A DNA stretch of 64,000 nucleotides from Fistulifera solaris (lineage: Eukaryota): NCBI GenBank assembly GCA_030295235.1, contig AP026138.1, positions 124,001-188,000 on the forward strand, written 5' to 3'. The position numbers were made by a program, and so were the translations under genes. Of the stretch, positions 36,522 through 47,660 are shown one piece after another (positions within the stretch are counted from its first letter, which is position 1; each line of letters begins with the position of its first letter). The notes under the pieces are model-generated. The model worked only from the letters and a program-made list of their open reading frames with translations, had not been told where the DNA came from and did no database searches.

Positions 36522-37017
36522 TACCTTGTCAGTTCCAGGCTGATGTGCTCGCTCCAGTGCAATTTCTGCGTTGAGTGTTCCCGAATACACTACTATTCTT
36601 ATTTATAAATGATAAAGCAATAAAATGGCTGGTCTATTCTTCTATTCTGCCTTTTCTAACATGCAAAACGAACTCTACTTGGAACGTCCACGATGACGGC
36701 AAAATGTTTTCGATCAGTTGGTTGTAACCTTAACCCTAACACAAATGGAATGCATTGTATCCTCTCCTTCCGGGTAACGTACAGACGCTTTTAAATAGTT
36801 ACCGTTGAAACGCAGGCAGCACAAATCGCATTGAATAAATCTAGTTATTTGAAACATTTAGTACCTTGTTGTTTATACTACGATAGATTCCGTTGGTGAT
36901 CTCGGCTCGCGCAACACGAACACCATCAAGCAAAGAAACAGGTACATTCTCACGCCTTCTACTCTTGTGATAGATCATTGCCTTGAAGGAAGCACACAAA
37001 GCTACCCGTCATTCACC

Positions 37018-39397
37018 ATGATCGCAATGAGTCAAGACGCCGGTCGATTTCGCCCTCCGCGTCCTTCTACCGTCGGCATTCAACAATCGAACTTTGGTGG
37101 TGGCCGTCACCGCAACCGACGTCGATCTTCGGCTCGATTCTTACAACTCCACAATCGTGGTGGGGCGATTCATGAGGAAGAAACGGAAGAACAGACGGAA
37201 GACAGCAACAACTCTGGAAATTTGCAGGAACTCTACAAGAAGGTGATTCGTATGAATGCGGAGAATAAAATCAATGCGAGTAATAGTTGGTCTCTTCGTC
37301 TTATTGAAAATATTGACACGTTCCTGGAAGAAGACGAAGAGAATGAGTCGAGCGAGGATGAAGAGGAAAAAGAGGAAGATGTTAACAAGGAAAATGCTGG
37401 CACCCTTGTCCCCAAACGTGTCAATTTCACCAAGGCATCGTGCACTTTGGATGCCAGCGTCAAAATCTATTCGTATCGCGTCGATGATGTCCATCTGACC
37501 TCGTACAAGGTGCTCGCAAATCTTCATCGGAACAGCAACAAGGACGACACGGCGCCAGTTTCGTCGAATCGTGACAACCAGGAGGAAGCTACCGGTGATG
37601 AACCGGAAGAAAAAGGACCCGAGAAATCGTCCGGAAACGCACCGACACTGGAGCAAAACATTGGTGCGTTTAAATGTTTTGTTCATGTTGCTTTGTGCGC
37701 TACTCCTTACACCGTCACAATACTGACCTACTCTTTCTCAATTATTTTCAGCCAACATCAACTTGAGCAAGCTCGACTCCGCATTCGATATTGATCCTTT
37801 GTTTTCCAAAATGTCAAAGGCATTTGATGAGGGTGGTGCGAAAGGGCTCTTGTTGGTCAATCTGGGTGTGAGCTCCAATGGTTGCAACATTGTTTTCGAT
37901 AGTAAGGCCGAAGCGGACTTGGATGAAGAGACCGATAACGATCACACTGCGGAAAACGATAAACTGATTGATATTTCTATTCTTATTGACAAGTTGAAAG
38001 AGCAAACCGCGACAGACGATGCGAGAGACATGTTGGCTGCACTTGAAGACTTGCCCCTCGTGCCGCAGCTGTCAGAATTGCGGGCTGAGCACGCTGTTTT
38101 GGAGTCCCAAGGGTTTACCGTCGGTGAAAGTACTGACGATATGGAACGAAAACGTGGTCATTATTTCCAAGTCAGCGAAGAGGAAGAGAAAGAGGCCGAT
38201 CGAAGCATTCACCAAGATGCCTTAGAGCGCAGTCGCGCTAGTCAGGGCCGCCCGTCGTTCTTAGGAAGCGAGGCCGGAGAAGAAATGTCGTACGGTGACG
38301 ACAACGTCTTTGCGGGTGACAATGACGATGATGATGACTTTGGCGGTGATGGCATGTTTCTGAATGTGACGCCGCAGCGCGCGTCATCGTTCTCGGGTAA
38401 CTCTGTCATTGAGACTGATTATGAGACCCGCACTCAAAATCAAGCGACATCGAACTTCCTGGACATGCTTTCGAGCACACATGATTTTTGGTCAACAGAT
38501 AACGATACTCAATTCTTCAATCCCGATCTGTTCGCCTCACAAGGACAGAATCATTGGGCGGGTGTATCCCATTGGAATGCTGGGAAGAAACCAGTTGGAA
38601 ACAAGACGACCGCAACGAAAGAGAAGAATACGAATGCGCCTCGAAGCGAACGAAAGACGCGCAAAAAGCACATGGTCGACTTTTCGAAGCCTCCGAAAGG
38701 TTTCGATTTTGAAGTCGGGCAAGGCTTGACGTGGAGTAGTGCCACTATTGCCAAGCACAGCCGGAACGAGAATGTGCTGCCACTAGATGCTGGTATCTTG
38801 TCGTTGAAGCAACTTCAATCTCTTTTTCTTCGCCCTACACTAACGATCCCATCTAAAGATCAGAATCGGAGTAAGAAAGCTGTGGGTTTTGCCGACACTG
38901 ACGATTGGGATACTGGAGGTGGTTTTGATGACGGGGATGACGACGACGACGGTCCGGGATTCTTCATGTCTTCCAATGATGACGAGGTTGACAAAGAAGA
39001 CGACGACTTTATTCGTGAACTGGAAGGGGTTCGTAAAGTTGAAAAAGTACAAGTGGGCTACGCAACAATTGCAAAGAAAGTCGATGTGAAGAAATTGAAA
39101 ACGGATTTGTGGAAGGAACTCGAGTCGAAGTTTTCTGTCATGAGAAAAGATGACGATGCAATGGATGGCGACGAAAGTGAAGACGAGACCATGGCAGAGC
39201 AGCCTTCTACTGTCCTTTCATTTAAAGAAGCCGTCCAGAACATGGAAGCAAGCAAGTCTCAGTCCGACGTGACGCTACCCTTTTACTTCATTTGCATCCT
39301 TCACTTAGCCAATGAGAAGGGTCTGCGCCTCGTCGACAAGGGACTCGACGAATTTGAGATCATCCACGAGGGGCTCAAGTCATCGTCGAACTTTTGA
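37018..39397 (+). CDS. NCAPH: Condensin I kleisin subunit CAP-H (barren / condensin complex subunit 2)
   Basis: MNAENKINASNSWSL, NFTKASCTLDASVKIYSYRVDDVH, DPLFSKMSKAFDEGGAKGLL, YATIAKKVDVKKLK and FICILHLANEKGL. GT-AG intron at 37664-37751. Confidence 0.95.
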
Positions 39398-39503
39398 AGT
39401 GAGAATGTTGTGTCTATGTTTGAACTAACTAAGCTGATTGCTCATAATTCGCGACTAAAATCGACTAGAGTATCTACTTCTTTTCTCTTTGACTCAATCG
39501 GTT

Positions 39504-40505
39504 TTATATACCCAACGCCTCCTTGAGACTTCCCCCACTCTCTTCTTTGAGTTCCGTCACAATATCCAATCCACCCACCAACTCACCGTCAACATACAAT
39601 TGCGGATACGTGGGCCAATCCGAAAATTTCTTGAGCCCTTCTCGCACTTGGTCATCCTGCAAAATATCAAACGAATCATACGATATGTGTTCTTCGTCGA
39701 GCAGTTGCACGATTTGACGCGAAAAACCACAGCGTGGTGCCGATGGCAATCCTTTCATAAACAGCATGACGCGATGACGTTTCACCAATGCGGCCAATCG
39801 TTCTTGCAATGAGGGAGCAGTCGTCGATGCGAGTTGGAGTTGCTGGCGCAATCCGCCTTCTTCTTGTTTCAGTTCCTTCATGATATCCAATCCACCCATG
39901 AGTTCCCCACGAACGTACAGTTGTGGATAGGTGGGCCAGTCCGAATACGTTTTGAGCTCTTGTCGCACCACTTCGTCCGACAGTATATCAAAGGAACCAA
40001 ACGGAATGTGTTCGTCTTGCAACAATTCCATGGCTTGTCGCGAGAATCCGCACTTGGGAGCCTCCGGCGTACCCTTGATAAAGAGCATGACTTCTGCGGA
40101 TGTAATGAGTCGTTGCAATCGTTGTTTGATTTGTTCTTCCGGTGACAGTTGTTGTATTTGACTCGTAGCGGTGGTGGTTGCTTGAAACAGTCGTTGAACG
40201 CTCTGTGTGATTTTCGCCAGATCGTCTCCGCCTTCTACTTTCTCGACGACTGCTGGACCGTTGCACAAAACAAAGGTCGGAACGAGACTGACTTGGTAAT
40301 GTTGCACAAGTGCGGAGCACTCTTCGGCATTCACACGCCCAAAGAGGACTTCTGTTTCGTCAGCAGTACTCGCGAAAGCCCGCAACACTTGATCCATCGG
40401 GCCTCCTTCTGTCGAAGCTTCATGCCACGGAGCCCAAAACAACAAGACCGCCTTTTGGCCGGTTGCGGGAATGGTAGTTACATCCACTACTTGACTCTTT
40501 GTCAT
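39504..40505 (-). CDS. GLRX3: Multidomain monothiol glutaredoxin (Grx3/Grx4/PICOT; Trx + 2 CGFS Grx domains)
   Basis: Trx-like FWAPW domain followed by two domains each with LF.KG.P..P.CGFS and SDWPTYPQLYV.GEL.GGLDI. Confidence 0.95.
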   Translation of the reverse strand: MTKSQVVDVTTIPATGQKAVLLFWAPWHEASTEGGPMDQVLRAFASTADETEVLFGRVNAEECSALVQHYQVSLVPTFVLCNGPAVVEKVEGGDDLAKITQSVQRLFQATTTATSQIQQLSPEEQIKQRLQRLITSAEVMLFIKGTPEAPKCGFSRQAMELLQDEHIPFGSFDILSDEVVRQELKTYSDWPTYPQLYVRGELMGGLDIMKELKQEEGGLRQQLQLASTTAPSLQERLAALVKRHRVMLFMKGLPSAPRCGFSRQIVQLLDEEHISYDSFDILQDDQVREGLKKFSDWPTYPQLYVDGELVGGLDIVTELKEESGGSLKEALGI

Positions 40506-41074
40506 CTTCTGTTGTGAACTGCTGTAGTTGTATTCAATTGAGGGTAATCATAAACTACTAACCGAAATGATGATGTTGTTGCAAAATGGGAACGCGGACG
40601 AAATACGAACCGAGGATTCGGTTTCAATAAAGTCGCACAGGTAACGAAAGATGTCGTCACGGTTTCACGGACACGTTGTTTCAAGTTGTGACCGTGAACC
40701 GGTATTCGTCTTTACTTTATTTTGTGCAGTAATACCAAAGAGGTAACGCCTGTTTTCGATACTACACACAAAACAGTGTTTGACGTTTGACTGGTCATCA
40801 TTTAGTTATTTAGCCGGTTCGTTGTACGGATTGTCAAGCAGTGGATTATTGCCCCACGACTTCTTATTCACAATTATGTACTAAATAACATGACAGACTC
40901 TATATTGTTCGAATTGAACTTTCTGTTCGTTGTGGTCGTAATCGAAGTCAAAGACTTTCACTTTTTTTTTCTCGTCTCTGCTCTGCCCCTTTCAACAAAC
41001 TCCAAACGGATTCATTCATCCAACAATATTCAACACACAACAACCATTGTGTTGTCCATATTTATTCATTCATC

Positions 41075-42178
41075 ATGATGAAGAATAACCCGAGCGCACG
41101 GCAACCTCGGACCACTCCAGTAGAGGATACTAAATGCCACAATTTGCCATTCTGCGATTACTATTCGTTTCTCAAAGAACGATCCATCGTATTCATCAAT
41201 GATTGGGATGTAAAAATACGAGAAATTGAACATTTTGACAGATACAGCGAGTTTTATAGCCAACTGTGGTATTCGAAACACGACTATACCCTGTTCAGTG
41301 CGCACGATGATCTCATTGTCAAAATTGCCCGGGCGGGAAACTTTTACGAGACCACCGAGCACAGCATTCGGGGTTTGGAAAAGCAACTCAGTGACGACGA
41401 AAACAACAACATCGAAGAGATGGTACTGGAAGCTGTACAGAAAGAGCAACGGAGACAGAGGGAACAAGGCGTTTATGACCCGGACGCGCTCGCTAACATT
41501 TATCGACTCGCGTCGATGAGTTGCAAGCACGAGGCACGTATACGGGGCATTCAGGATGCTCTGCAAGTGCATCAGTCGCCCATGTTGGGATTTTCTGTGG
41601 ATGGGGAACATTATTCTTGTGATGAGACGCCGCGACGACGAAAACCGCGGTCCCAAAGTATGATGCACACATCAGTCGCCGAAAAGGATCCGAGTCATCG
41701 CTCCGTTCGACATTCCGTTCATTCGCATCCCATTTCACGATCCGACCGGAAATCTCGATACGCGTCGCTACACGAGCGAATCATTTACACCGATGTTCCG
41801 AAAACACGACAACCGACGCAAGCACCTCGGCGGAAAGCGCGTTCCTTGAGCTTGTTAGGAAACGTCACAGCCAATTCGTACGCCAATGAAGCTTCTTCGG
41901 AACGACCCCTTTCTCCACAAAAGATAGCACCGAAAAGTGCTTCTATGAACTCTGTCAAGACGAAGCAGGGCGAGTTACTAACGTCAAAATGTGCGTTTCA
42001 AAGGGATGCAGTGACAGAAGAGAGCGAACATTCTTCGACGATCCGCAACAAGATTTCAAGGAAGAGTCTGAACAAGCGTGACGGCAAGAAAGATGTTTCC
42101 ATAAAATCTATATCGGGAAGTCCACGAAAACGCAGATCGTCTCTGGAACTCAATGCGAAGGTGAAGCAAGAACAATGA
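41075..42178 (+). CDS. Hypothetical protein, 'WY...RGLE...AV.xEQxRQ' family, with basic Ser-rich tail
   Basis: LWYSKHDY, SIRGLEK, AVQKEQRRQR, DALANIY and ARIRGIQDA. Same motif set as 3070-3633. Confidence 0.75.
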   Translation: MMKNNPSARQPRTTPVEDTKCHNLPFCDYYSFLKERSIVFINDWDVKIREIEHFDRYSEFYSQLWYSKHDYTLFSAHDDLIVKIARAGNFYETTEHSIRGLEKQLSDDENNNIEEMVLEAVQKEQRRQREQGVYDPDALANIYRLASMSCKHEARIRGIQDALQVHQSPMLGFSVDGEHYSCDETPRRRKPRSQSMMHTSVAEKDPSHRSVRHSVHSHPISRSDRKSRYASLHERIIYTDVPKTRQPTQAPRRKARSLSLLGNVTANSYANEASSERPLSPQKIAPKSASMNSVKTKQGELLTSKCAFQRDAVTEESEHSSTIRNKISRKSLNKRDGKKDVSIKSISGSPRKRRSSLELNAKVKQEQ

Positions 42179-42509
42179 CAGGACTAGGTCATACTTTGGA
42201 AAACACATTCAATTTCATAATAAAATTTGATCAAATGTTAGTTAGAAACTACAAACATCAACTTCTAGAATCTGGATAACTGTTAGCTCCAAGCTTTTCT
42301 TTCCAAATGGCTACAAGCAAATTAATCGTCGGATCATGAATTCAAGGTCACGGAGAAGGCTCAACTTGAAGTGAGTGTTCTCATACTTTTCTTCGTCCTT
42401 CCAAAAGGAAATTAAGCCTTAAGGAACCAAGCATTCTTTTTTTAATACTTAGTAGGGAATCACATTTTTTTACGTCAACTCTTAGGATTGACGAGATAAC
42501 AATAGAAGA

Positions 42510-43561
42510 ATGATCACCGTGTTTGGAGTGGATCGCGCCATTGATGTACCCGAGGATGTCTTTCCTTCGGATCCATTAGTGATTGATGAAATCGAGAAAA
42601 AGTGCTCCGATCAGATTAGCATTCATGGGTGGTTTGACTCGTGCTACAAGGGCGTCAAGCTTCATTATCGGAAATGGCTACCTCCAATGAAACCCAAAGC
42701 CATTGTTATTTTTGCTCATGGCATACAGTCTCATAGTGGGAATGGCCATCTTTTGCCCGATGGACGTAGATTGAATGGTGCATTACGAGTCGATGCTTTC
42801 GTGAAATCCGGATATGCCGTCTACAGCCACGATTACTATGGCCATGGCTACAGCGAGGGCACGAGGTGGTGGATTCCAGAAACATGGGAAAACAACCTGA
42901 CCGATTACGAAACTTTTGTTTCCCTTGTGGCGCAAGAAAACGACAACAGAACTCCCATCATTCTCATGGGCGAATCGTACGGCTCCTGTTTGACGTTACA
43001 TCTCGCACGCAAGTTTCAAGAGCAAGGAGGACCATCCAGCTTTGACAGCGTGATTCTCACATCATCTGCCATTGATGCTGATCTTCCACCCTACATTGTG
43101 CAATTCATTCTTCGACATGTCGTTGCTCCTGTCTTTCCGACATGGATACCTTTCTTTATGCCCAATCCAGTCTCACCGGACCGCATTTGGAGAGACCCAG
43201 TGGCTCTCGCGGCCAGTACCGATCCAGAGAAATTGAAATTGCGCATGGATAGTGGTGGTACTCCGATGAGATTGGGCACAGCGGCAAATATCTTAGATGC
43301 GATGATGCGGTTAAAAACATCGGTAATACCAGGCTTTCGGCAGCCGTATTGCCTAATTCATGGGACGCATGATTTTTCTTGCCCCATATCTGGAGCAGAG
43401 TATTTGTGGGAGGAGAGTAGCACACCAGAAAGCGATCGAGAATTTCACAAAATGGAAGGAATGTATCATGATCTTTTTCCGACTCCAAGTCGGAAGAGGT
43501 GATTGACATTGTGCTTGACTGGATAGAGTCACGTCTGCATAAGAGCGTGAATTCCGAATAA
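42510..43561 (+). CDS. Alpha/beta hydrolase, monoacylglycerol lipase/lysophospholipase-like
   Basis: FAHG oxyanion motif, GHGYSEG, nucleophile GESYG, IHGTHD and MYHDL. A T-run frameshift near 43475 extends the frame to VIDIVLDWIESRL and the stop at 43561. Confidence 0.88.
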
Positions 43562-43776
43562 AGAAAGATGTATCTTTGTCACAGATGATCTTCACAAAGT
43601 CCTTAGCAATCTTCTAACCAGGATGTATGCTTGCCCTCGTCTTCTTTCGTTGCAGAGCCGCATGATATTCATAAATGACTTTAAAATTGTCGACTAGATC
43701 TATCGCTGCCTATTTTCCTCCCATGCATTTGTTTACAAATTTCATTTGTTGATTTTTGTCGCAGGTTTGTGTCGTT

Positions 43777-44373
43777 TTATTTGGAACCGGGGGCACCTCG
43801 TGAAACACTCGATGGTTCATCGTCCTCCATTCGATACTCCGTTTGTTTCCGCACACCATCTTGTAATAACGACAAACTCTTTTCTTCGGTTCGGGATGTT
43901 TGAAAGTTCCATTGATGACGAGTGGGCCGGCATTCTCCTAGAATATCCGGGGGCATGCTAGAACCTTGGTAATATATTTCTTCGAGGCGTCCCGCATTGT
44001 ATTGATCCACAAAACGCGCAAACGCTTGACGTGCTTGTTGCGTATCTTCCATATCCGCAAATGTGGTTTGTTCTTCGCGATACAAATAGACCCAAAAATG
44101 CTGATGATAGGCAAAATAATCTCGTTCCGCGTCCAGCAATCGAGCCGGTGGATGTCCCCGAGGGTCTCCTAAATTCGTCTTCTTGAATGATAGTTTTGTC
44201 TTTTTCTTGACGTCTTTGTGCCTCTTCTTCGACTGTTTTCGACTCGAATCATCTTTTTTGGAGCGTTTGTGCTTTTTCTCTTCCTCCCCGTGCTTTCGTT
44301 TCTTACGATCGTGTTTGGCTAAATATTCTTTCGCTTCCCGCAAGCGTTGCTCGTCTTGGTCCGTCAAATCCAT
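43777..44373 (-). CDS. Conserved Lys-rich nuclear protein resembling the SCI1 (style cell-cycle inhibitor)-like family
   Basis: Basic K/R N-terminus, then DYFAYHQHFWVYLYREE...ARQAFARFVDQYNAGRLEEIYY. The family resemblance is from memory of the motif. Confidence 0.6.
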   Translation of the reverse strand: MDLTDQDEQRLREAKEYLAKHDRKKRKHGEEEKKHKRSKKDDSSRKQSKKRHKDVKKKTKLSFKKTNLGDPRGHPPARLLDAERDYFAYHQHFWVYLYREEQTTFADMEDTQQARQAFARFVDQYNAGRLEEIYYQGSSMPPDILGECRPTRHQWNFQTSRTEEKSLSLLQDGVRKQTEYRMEDDEPSSVSRGAPGSK

Positions 44374-44690
44374 TTCTATTGAGGTATAGAGTAATAGAGA
44401 GCGAAAATGAGATAATTCAGAACAAACGATAATGATATTTTGCATCAATGCAAACAAAATGGATCGCAATAAATATTTAGGATCGCATCTGCAATCTGCA
44501 GTCAGTGCCTTTCCTGCAGTTCACAAAATCTAACGCTATCCTTAGCTATAGGCCCTCCACTATCCGCTACGAACTCCTCCATCAAAAATCCCATGAACAC
44601 CAACAGACTTAAGTCTTATAAGCTCGTTAAAATTTCTATAGTATCATCAAATATTAGCATCACGTCATTCCGCTAACACTTGCCTTATTT

Positions 44691-46100
44691 TTAATCAATT
44701 ACCGAAGCGGCTCCGTAGGCGACGGTGATATCCGGATCAATGTGTGTATTGACCTTACTGTGTAGCAAAGCTTCTTGTACCAGCTGTCGTATTTGCGGCA
44801 TCCGTGTCGTGCCTCCGACCATGACCACTTCATCAATGTCGTGGCTGGTAAGTTGAAAGTCGTGTAGTAATCGATGGATGGGAGCGACGGAGCGGTCCAA
44901 GAGCGGTTGGACGATGTGTGCATACAGGGCGGGCGTCAACTCCAAGGTGATGGGACGCAAGGACGAACAAGCAATATGCTCGACATCGTGTTCCAATCCG
45001 AGGCATTGGGCCTGTACGGAAGTGGCATTGGTAGATAATGAAGAAAGTTGTATTTTGAGTTGTTCCCCCAGGGTATGAAACGAAGAAGCGGTACACAGAG
45101 GATACTCCTGGAGACACGGCAAATCCGAAGGTTCCATGTGTGGCAAATGCCGATGCACGCGCTCCACGACACTCGGATGCTGCTGTAACCAATAGTGCGC
45201 AATGGCCGCATCAAAATCAGCTCCACCCAATTGATCATCTCCATCACTGCCCATAACATCCACAAAACCATCTCCACTGACTTGTAATAAACTCACATCG
45301 AGTGTTCCACCCCCAAAGTCGTACACCAAAATGAAATCGACACCGTCTTTGTGATGCAAGCCGTACGCGAGCGCGGCCGCGGCCGGTTCTTCCAGAATGC
45401 GTTGCACCGCAACACCGGCTTCTCGAAACGCTTGGACGGTGGCTTGTCGTTGTTGGGCATCGAATTTGGCGGGGACACAAATGACGGCCGATTTGACATT
45501 TTCGTGTCCGAGATAGCGGTTCGTCATTTGCAACAAATGTTTCACGACCTTACTTCCCACTTGGACGGGTGTGATGGTTTGATGCTGGTGGTTTCCAACA
45601 TGAAATACGACACCTCCGTCGTCATTCTCACGGAGTACAAACTCGACTTCGTTTTGAAACTGTTGGACGGATGGGTCGGTAAAGGGCCGACCCAATACGC
45701 GTTTGGCTTGATAAATGGTCGAAAGGGGATGTGATTCAATCAATTCTTTGGCGGCTCGTCCTACAATTGTGGACGAAGAAGAAAACGAAACTACTGATGG
45801 CACAATAACGTTGCCAAATTCATCCGGAATGCATTCAATTTTCCCTACACCCTTTTCGAGTTGTTGCACACAAATGACGGAATTGGTCGTTCCTAGATCA
45901 ATTCCAGCGACACTGGCTCGTCCCCGAAATCCCATTTTGGCCATAATGGCACAAATGAGTATAGCAACGCCAATGAAAGAAGGTAAGAGGGCTTCGGGGC
46001 CCGTTTGGTCGGAGGATTTGGGGTTTCGGTGTATGGGACGCCGTGGTGCTTTGTCGCGTTTCCCGCGACGGGGGCGTATTGTTGTAGTGGTGGATGACAT
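44691..46100 (-). CDS. Atypical Hsp70 (HSPA13/STCH-like): N-terminal TM anchor plus ATPase domain, no substrate-binding domain
   Basis: TM segment FIGVAILICAIMA, then GIDLGTTNS, VPAKF, EPAAAALAYGL, DFGGGTLDVS, LGGADFD and VGGTTRMP. The protein ends just after PDITVAYGAA. Confidence 0.88.
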   Translation of the reverse strand: MSSTTTTIRPRRGKRDKAPRRPIHRNPKSSDQTGPEALLPSFIGVAILICAIMAKMGFRGRASVAGIDLGTTNSVICVQQLEKGVGKIECIPDEFGNVIVPSVVSFSSSSTIVGRAAKELIESHPLSTIYQAKRVLGRPFTDPSVQQFQNEVEFVLRENDDGGVVFHVGNHQHQTITPVQVGSKVVKHLLQMTNRYLGHENVKSAVICVPAKFDAQQRQATVQAFREAGVAVQRILEEPAAAALAYGLHHKDGVDFILVYDFGGGTLDVSLLQVSGDGFVDVMGSDGDDQLGGADFDAAIAHYWLQQHPSVVERVHRHLPHMEPSDLPCLQEYPLCTASSFHTLGEQLKIQLSSLSTNATSVQAQCLGLEHDVEHIACSSLRPITLELTPALYAHIVQPLLDRSVAPIHRLLHDFQLTSHDIDEVVMVGGTTRMPQIRQLVQEALLHSKVNTHIDPDITVAYGAASVID

Positions 46101-46556
46101 TGTGCTGATATCCAGAGAAGGGTGTGCTGCGTGTTTTCTTTTATAGGGTGAGAGGGGCAAAGGCGAGTCGTCGATGTTGTGATTGATGTGCGAGAAAAAT
46201 TTTGCGAAGAAACAACGACGAAAAAAATACTTGTGGACGTGGAAGAAACACATCGATCGTCATGTACTTTCGAAAGGACAGTGAACTGTTCATTCATGAC
46301 TCGAAACTCATGATTGACGTACGATGGACGATCCATCACGAGATTTCCGGTACAGTACCAGGTACAGTAGAAGCTAAATAATTAGTACCGGTAAGATGAT
46401 TGAAAGGTACCTTTTGCGGTTGAACTGCAAGCTCCAAAGTACTTACAGTTGCACAGTTCATCCCATCGTCGTCATCACCTTCGTCATCGTCGTGCCTCGC
46501 CGACAAGGGATTGCTTTTTTCATCAACAGCACAAAACACAAGCACAAACAACCACC

Positions 46557-47481
46557 ATGAATGCGTTTCGTCTTGCGAATCGTTTGGTTCCACGAACCAT
46601 GGGCGCTATGCGCTCTTCTTCTCGTATATTAGGAACAACAAGTGAGTATTGAGAGTGAAAGTAAAGAAGAGGAAAATAAAAATTGCATCGCAAGGAAAAT
46701 AATCTTCGCTTTTTGGCGTTGCTGCGGTATTTTTACCGTAGGAAACGTACAGCAGGACGAACCCCCGTTCAAAAATACCTCAATCATCGGCACTTGACAT
46801 CAGGAACACATCGTCTGACTCTTTCTTTCTCTTTTTCTTTCTCTCTCATTTCACTATAATAATTAGACGCTCTTCGTCACTTGTCGGTTCCCGCCACACA
46901 AACCACACAAGCACTCGATCAATTGGGCAGCGTCGATCACGAGTACGAATCGACCCGCGTCGACCGCGTCGCCGAACCGGATCGTCGCGCCTTTACTTAC
47001 CTGATGTTGTCGTCGGTCCAGTTTGTGTACGCATCCGCGGCCCGTCTCCTCGTGGTCAAATTGGTGGCCTCCATGGCACCGTCGGCCGAAGTCTTGGCGT
47101 TGGCGTTTGGGGAATTTGATCTGTCCGCACTCGAAGTCGGCAAGACGATTATGGTCGATTGGCGTGGCAAACCCATTTACATTCGACGCCGATCGGTGGC
47201 GGAGATTGAAAAAAGAATCGCAAGTGCAGTTGGATCATTTGCGAGATCAGGAAGCCGACAGTGATCGTACCATCAAGCCGGAGTTTTTGGTGGTGGTTGG
47301 TATTTGTCCGCATTTGGGATGTGTGCCCTTGCCCAACGCGGGAGACTTTGGTGGATTCTTTTGCCCCTGCCACGGATCGCACTACGATGTCAGTGGACGC
47401 ATCCGTATGGGACCGGCGCCGTTGAACTTGGAAGTTCCGCCGTACAAATTCATTTCGGACACGACAGTTCTAATTGGTTAG
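46557..47481 (+). CDS. UQCRFS1: Mitochondrial cytochrome bc1 Rieske iron-sulfur protein
   Basis: Arg-rich presequence [14 protein letters not shown] intron 46642-46866; RRAFTY TM region; [17 protein letters not shown] and [19 protein letters not shown]. An A-run frameshift occurs near 47210. Confidence 0.95.
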
Positions 47482-47660
47482 ATGCCATACCAGGTTTTAC
47501 AGGATTGCCGTTCGTAGTCCTAGAATAACTAGTCAAGCAATTCGAATTATCTTTACACATTTGCTTTTTGTATGACGTCACCACAGTACAAATCCTTTAA
47601 AAAGCGTACGTCTTAATTTGGAGCAAAAGAAAAGCTGCTTTATCGCATTAAAATTGTTCT

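Noticed and set aside
22381..47481. Iron-related gene cluster (VIT1, Grx3, Rieske ISP)
   Set aside because: The genes are spread over 25 kb with many unrelated genes between them, and there is no evidence of co-regulation in the sequence.
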